A stretch of DNA of 64,000 nt from Amoebophrya sp. A120 (lineage: Eukaryota; Protista; Dinoflagellata): assembly GCA_905178155.1 (NCBI GenBank), contig CAJINV010000004.1, forward strand, positions 10,258,381 through 10,322,380. The letters are read 5' to 3'. Numbering within the stretch: the first letter of the stretch is position 1; each line of letters opens with the position of its first letter. The translations under genes were made by a program, and so were the position numbers. This document shows, in pieces, positions 58,880 through 64,000 of the stretch. The notes under the pieces were generated by a model that was not told the origin of the DNA, did not search any database, and worked only from the letters and a program-made list of their open reading frames with translations.

Positions 58880-60075
58880 AAATTGTTGCGCTTTAAAATT
58901 GTTGCGCTTTGATATCACCAAATATCTTCGATGTTTTGGATCTCTTTCATTTAGATTTTCGTTTTCGTTTTTCGATCCGTAATTGATTCCCGAAGAAAGT
59001 AATGAGTATGGTCTTATCATTTCGGTAATCAATATTATCCTCTTTCTTGATCTAGATGTGTCTCTCTTTCTTCTCGAATATCATTCTGAAATTCATATCT
59101 TTAATCAAAATCAAATATCATTCCAAAGATTCAAAATCCCATTCGGACCAAAATTTTTGGGTTTATGAATTCAAATCATAATGATTATATTCGAAGAAAT
59201 CAAGATTGGAGTCATTGTCATGGATGATGATCGAATGATCTAGTGATAAATTGGTAGTATGTGTGTATGTAGGTGAAGGTATTATTGAAATCATATGGAT
59301 GAGTGTGTGTTTCATATCGGTAGGATCTATTGAAAATCTTTTTCTTCTGAACATTTATTTTTTTAATTTCTTATGAAGAATCCGAGAAGATAGAAGAAAC
59401 AGAAAGATGAGAATATGATGAGAAAATAGAATCTGAAATGAAATATTTGCCATCCAATTTCAAAAATCTTTGTGGGATATTCGATAAATATCTTTCGAAT
59501 TAGAATCTCAATTCATATAAATATTCTTCGATATTTCGTTATATATTCATTGAATATTCGATTCGATAAAATGAAAATCAATATTCATCATCATAGAAAA
59601 AATCACATTTGTTTTTTTTTTCTTTTTCTTTTGAGAGGGGTCATATTTTAATTATGTTTTTTCTCGGATTCATATGAATATCATGAGAGGAAGATAAACC
59701 CTCCACATGGAAACCATGATTCCATCACTAACAAAAAAAAAAAGAAAGAATTGAATCACAATTGATTCGAGATTATTATTCAAACTGAATTCTGGAGAAT
59801 TGCACTAGAATAATAATTTTTCCGAATATGGACAGAGAAGATATGATGGTGGAATCTTATTTCCTTTGACATGAAAGAAATTGACAATCCAACGATTTTT
59901 TTTTTCCATTGACAATCAAATTCTTCAAGATTCTATCCATAAATAATTCCAATTTGATTCTTCGCACGATATCTGATGGAGATCAAGAACATGAAAAATC
60001 AAAATATAATGATGAAAAGATTCAATTGCAATTGATTATGATTTCGTTTGCGATGAAGCAGCTAAAATAATTGTG
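58880..60075. other. AT-rich island
   Basis: abrupt compositional shift relative to the flanks; no long ORF. Confidence 0.7.
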
Positions 60076-61745
60076 TCGTAATCCACAGATATTGCATTGG
60101 GTGGATTCCATCGTCGTGTTCATCTTTCAGTGTCTGTTGGATAAGCCTGAATCAATCACCATGAACAGCAACACCGCCTTAACCGAATGCAGGCATGTAG
60201 GCGAGCTTTGGTGCCTCAGCCGAAGAAACTTGCGCTCGCGCCAATGTGGTCTTTCGGCCCTTTACTGGATGGGGGCAAGCTCAAGCAGCCTGGCGTTTCT
60301 GTTGAGGCCTGGCGCCATGCGTGGGCCCGAATGGAATTCCGGGCGAGCACAAAATTAGCCGCGGATTGGCCCAGCCCGCGACCCGCCCCGGCGGGCGCGC
60401 CGACGCAATAGTGGGCGCAATGCCTGGCTTCCGGCAAGCCCTCGCCCAAAACTGCATGACGACGCAGGGCCCAGGCGAAAACCGCCGGCCCCACTTCTAG
60501 CGCAACGAATGGGGGCGAGTGTCTGTGCCTGTGGCGCCACCACACGCGGCGCCCGGCACGCGGGCGCCAACGACTGGCGCCACCCGTCGGCCCGAGGGTG
60601 GCCCACGGTGGGCCGGGCACGGACGGCCCCAAGGACTGCGGCGCCGCTCCCCTTGCGGCGCTTTCGCTCCCGTGCGTCGTCCACCGCCCCGTGTCGGACT
60701 TTTCGATCACCTTCGTGTGGCCCCTGCAGTGTGATGCAATAATAAAACTCAGTCGTTTATTGCAAAGTTAAATCTCATGCAACCAGTGCAAGACAAGAGT
60801 CTACTAGTACTACTATGCATCAAATCGCAGGCATCGGAGCCAAGTGTTGGCCCCTCTGTACTGGAAAAGAATCAACGCTCTAGCAATAATTACCTTCCGG
60901 GAGGGAAAACTCTTTGGACGCGTGTCCATCTGTTTTCTCCACACGAAGAACGGCAACAATGGTAGGGGAGCACGAAGTTGAAAACAAGCGCGCAAGTTTT
61001 TGCTTTTGGGCTGCAGTTCAAATAGGACGGATTGCGACACTATTGACCTCAATCTCTATCGTTTTAATTTTAAATACAAAATAATGTGCATGAAAATGGA
61101 AGTCAGATCAGAGCTTTACCGTCTTGGTATGCTCGCACTCAGTTTAATTTTGTTTTGTTGTGCTCTATCAATTTCGATTTTGGTTATTTTGGGGTGCTTC
61201 TATCACTGCTCTGTTCGTGCTTGTTTCCGACAACGATCTTTTTTGCTCACACAACCCGAGCATCGTTTTAGACGAATCATGACCGGACGCAAAGGTCGTC
61301 GCGCTCACACTCCCCCTCTCTCGAAAATCACTCAAAAAATAACATCACATGAAGGTCGAGAGGTCCGACAGAGCATACACGCAAGAAGGAGAGTGAAACA
61401 AAATTAGCAAGGAAAAAACGCCGGGCAGAGGCTACCGATTGTGATGTTATGAACATGAATCTTCTTGGTTCAAAACTAATAGAAGAGAAACAAGCTCGAG
61501 CAGGCGAGTGCGTAGATCCTGGCTCGCTTCTCCTCCGTTTTTTTCATGGGGTTGTTTTTCATCTTCGTGCTTCATCAAAATCAATTCTGGGAGCCTATTT
61601 CTTGATGAAACTTCAAAGGAGTCAGATCTGCAGATGGTATAGTCCATTCCTTTTCTTTTATGAAATAGAGAAGGTTTGTCGCGCTGATTATAATAAGTAC
61701 TTACTTCTACTTGTGCGGCCTTCCTCTGTTTTATCGAGCACAAGC

Positions 61746-63797
61746 AAGGTGTATGGTGTTGTGGTTGTTCGTTTTGTTTTGTTCGAGGCCGCTATAAAAT
61801 CAAATAACCTAAACCCTAAGACCCTCAAACCCTATCGACGCAGGGACGGAAACAGGACGTAGATTCGGAGGGAGGAAGATGTGGTGGAGGGGCAGAGGAC
61901 TGCCAGATCAAAGAAAGCGCGCAAAACACATGGTCAGAACCTAAAAATACTATGAGAAGATTTACAATCCGAAAAGCCAAGGTTAAGACGACACCGAAAG
62001 TGTCGTGCCCCAACCCAAAAAAAATACTGCTTGGTGCCAGTAGGGCCCGGGGAAAACAAAGAGCAAGCAAGAAGAAGGGAAGGTAAAATCTACTTTCAAA
62101 AAGCGCTAGTATAGCCTTATGCTCTGATCCGTCCGGGCGTGCACTCCCATCTGGATCTAAAGCTTCAGCAGTGCTGAGAGCGCTCCGACCCTAAACCTCA
62201 AGACAAAAGCCAAGAGATCTACGTACGTATGCGCACGAGCAAGGCAGGAACATCGCCTGATGTGGGCGAATATTCCTAACTAAAAACAAAAACGACACTC
62301 ATACCGGAGTCAGGTGGAGGGCCCGGGGCGATTTCGCCCACTAAAAACCAGCTAATTTTTTCGGGATTTTTGAAAAATCCGGCGCGCCAGGAGGGAGCCG
62401 GGCGGCGAGGCGAATGCCGAGAAAGAAAATACCCGCGAACCAGAGGTAAAGGAAAAAGGAAATCCCATGGGGCGGCATGTGGTTGTTGCGCTGCGGCCCG
62501 CGCCGCGCATGCGCGACACCATGCGAACGCCCTCGCCCCAAAGATGCATGGCCAAGAGCGAAAACACCCGAAGACGGGAAGGCGGAAACACAATTTACGA
62601 AGGCAAACACACAAGCTCCCGGAAACGGGTGAGGCCCCTACCCAATCTTGCGACCCGGGAACCGGCACCCTAACTCAACAATCCCCACCCGAAATCTCCA
62701 CTGCAAATCCCGGCCGCGGCTAAATTCCCGATTTAGCAGCAAGGTAGTAACTTTGCTGCTAAATCGGGCCGCTAAATCATGTGCTAAATCGGGTGGCTAA
62801 ATTGTGTGCTAAATTGGGCTTCTAAATCCTATTCTAATTTGCCCTTCTAAATCCTATTCTAATTTGCCCTTCTAAATCGCCTTCTAAATTGCCTTTCTAA
62901 TTCTTGTTCTAAATTTTGCGGGATTCACACCTCTTCCTTCTTCTCCTCGAACGGCTAAATTCGGCAGTACAGGGATTTCGGGAAGGAAATCCACTGTTTG
63001 CCGATTTAGCCGCCGATTTAGAAGAGGAAAAGTTGTGAATCCCACGACTTTGGAAACCCAGAGGCCATCTTGACCACTAAATTTCCAAAGCCACATTTAG
63101 AACAAGAAATACATGAAGAAGGCCGACATCACCAGAGCTGATCTTTAAGGAGAGAAAAAACACCCCGAAGAGCGCGACCAAGGACGCTTCACGCAGAAGC
63201 GGGCCGCGCGGTCTGTCCGAGATAAGGGCAGGCATTATCTCGAACAAGTGCCAGCCGAGATAATGGCAAGCCCTGCCACACAAATGCACGAGAGACCGGA
63301 TATTTTGCGCGGCGCAAAACATCCGGCAAACCACCGCCGGGAGATGGGCCAAAATTGCGAGGCTTCAGATTTCGGAAGAAAACGGGGCAAATTTTTAAAT
63401 TTGAAAATCTTGCCCGCGGCCAAACACAAAACACCCAGCGGCGGCAGAAACTACGACCCCACCAGCCCAATGCCATAACACAACAAAACCCCCCCCCCGG
63501 CGAAGCGGGCCACACAAGGGAAACAACACAAAACTGCCGAGGGCGGGGGCTCGCCGCGCAAACTTTGGACGCGCCTGCCCTTTGGGGCCGCGAAGAAATC
63601 CCGAAAAATTTAGCCACTTTTTAACCCAGGAACCGGCCCCGGTGCCCTCCGACTGACCGGAGGTACACCTCAACGGCGTCGATACGAGCGACAAAGAAAT
63701 CGATGGCGAAGCGAGAAGCGAAGCGAATTCGAGAAGCGAATCTAAGGTGTATGGTGTTGTGGTTGTTCGTTTAGTTTTGTTCGAGGCCGCTATAAAA
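61746..63797 (+). repeat. 54-bp direct repeat at 61746-61799 and 63744-63797
   Basis: aaggtgtatggtgttgtggttgttcgttt(t/a)gttttgttcgaggccgctataaaa, one mismatch. Confidence 0.9.
62719..62915. repeat. 16-bp inverted repeat followed by ~12-13-bp ctaaat tandem units
   Basis: cccgatttagcagcaa..ttgctgctaaatcggg (62727-62768), then repeated ctaaat(c/t)/ctaattt. Confidence 0.8.
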
Positions 63798-64000
63798 ACT
63801 ACAAGTACTAGCCCTTTGACGCGGGCGTCCCGGACGCCCGCTGGGCTAGTAGCTTGAAAAATAATTCTACACATGGAGCGCGCACCGCTCACGCTATTTT
63901 GGTTGGTTAGAAGGTGAAGGCATGGGACAGACAGAAATAGGCAAAAAAGGCCCCGGAATTCGCCTCAGAAAAAGGGGGAGGCGGCACCGCAAGAGGAAGA

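Overview
Eukaryotic nuclear DNA with about 13 protein-coding genes, all on the + strand: two DUF2431/BMT5-like paralogues, a coiled-coil/GAF protein, Mpv17/PMP22, an S9 peptidase, an IAH1-like SGNH esterase, a Ser/Thr kinase, a Cu-type P1B ATPase, SECIS-binding protein 2, a CCCH zinc-finger protein and several orphans. The dominant signal is 21 short MITE-like elements (145-429 bp; one longer copy contains a gap) from at least 8 sequence families inserted inside the coding sequences. Each begins TAT and ends ATA (one ends ATT), has terminal inverted repeats (TIRs) and is flanked by a 5-nt direct repeat (DR). Removing the element plus one DR copy re-creates the reading frame and conserved motifs, although most have no GT-AG option and two families occur in both orientations. 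This matches the non-canonical 'introner' introns described in the parasitic dinoflagellate Amoebophrya; the organism assignment is an inference. The window also holds a 1.47-kb intergenic element with the same TAT..ATA/5-bp signature, a 1.87-kb element with 79-bp TIRs and a minisatellite, a degenerate gag-like remnant with a half introner, and several hairpin-plus-tandem-repeat modules. Coordinates were counted by hand and may be off by a few bases.
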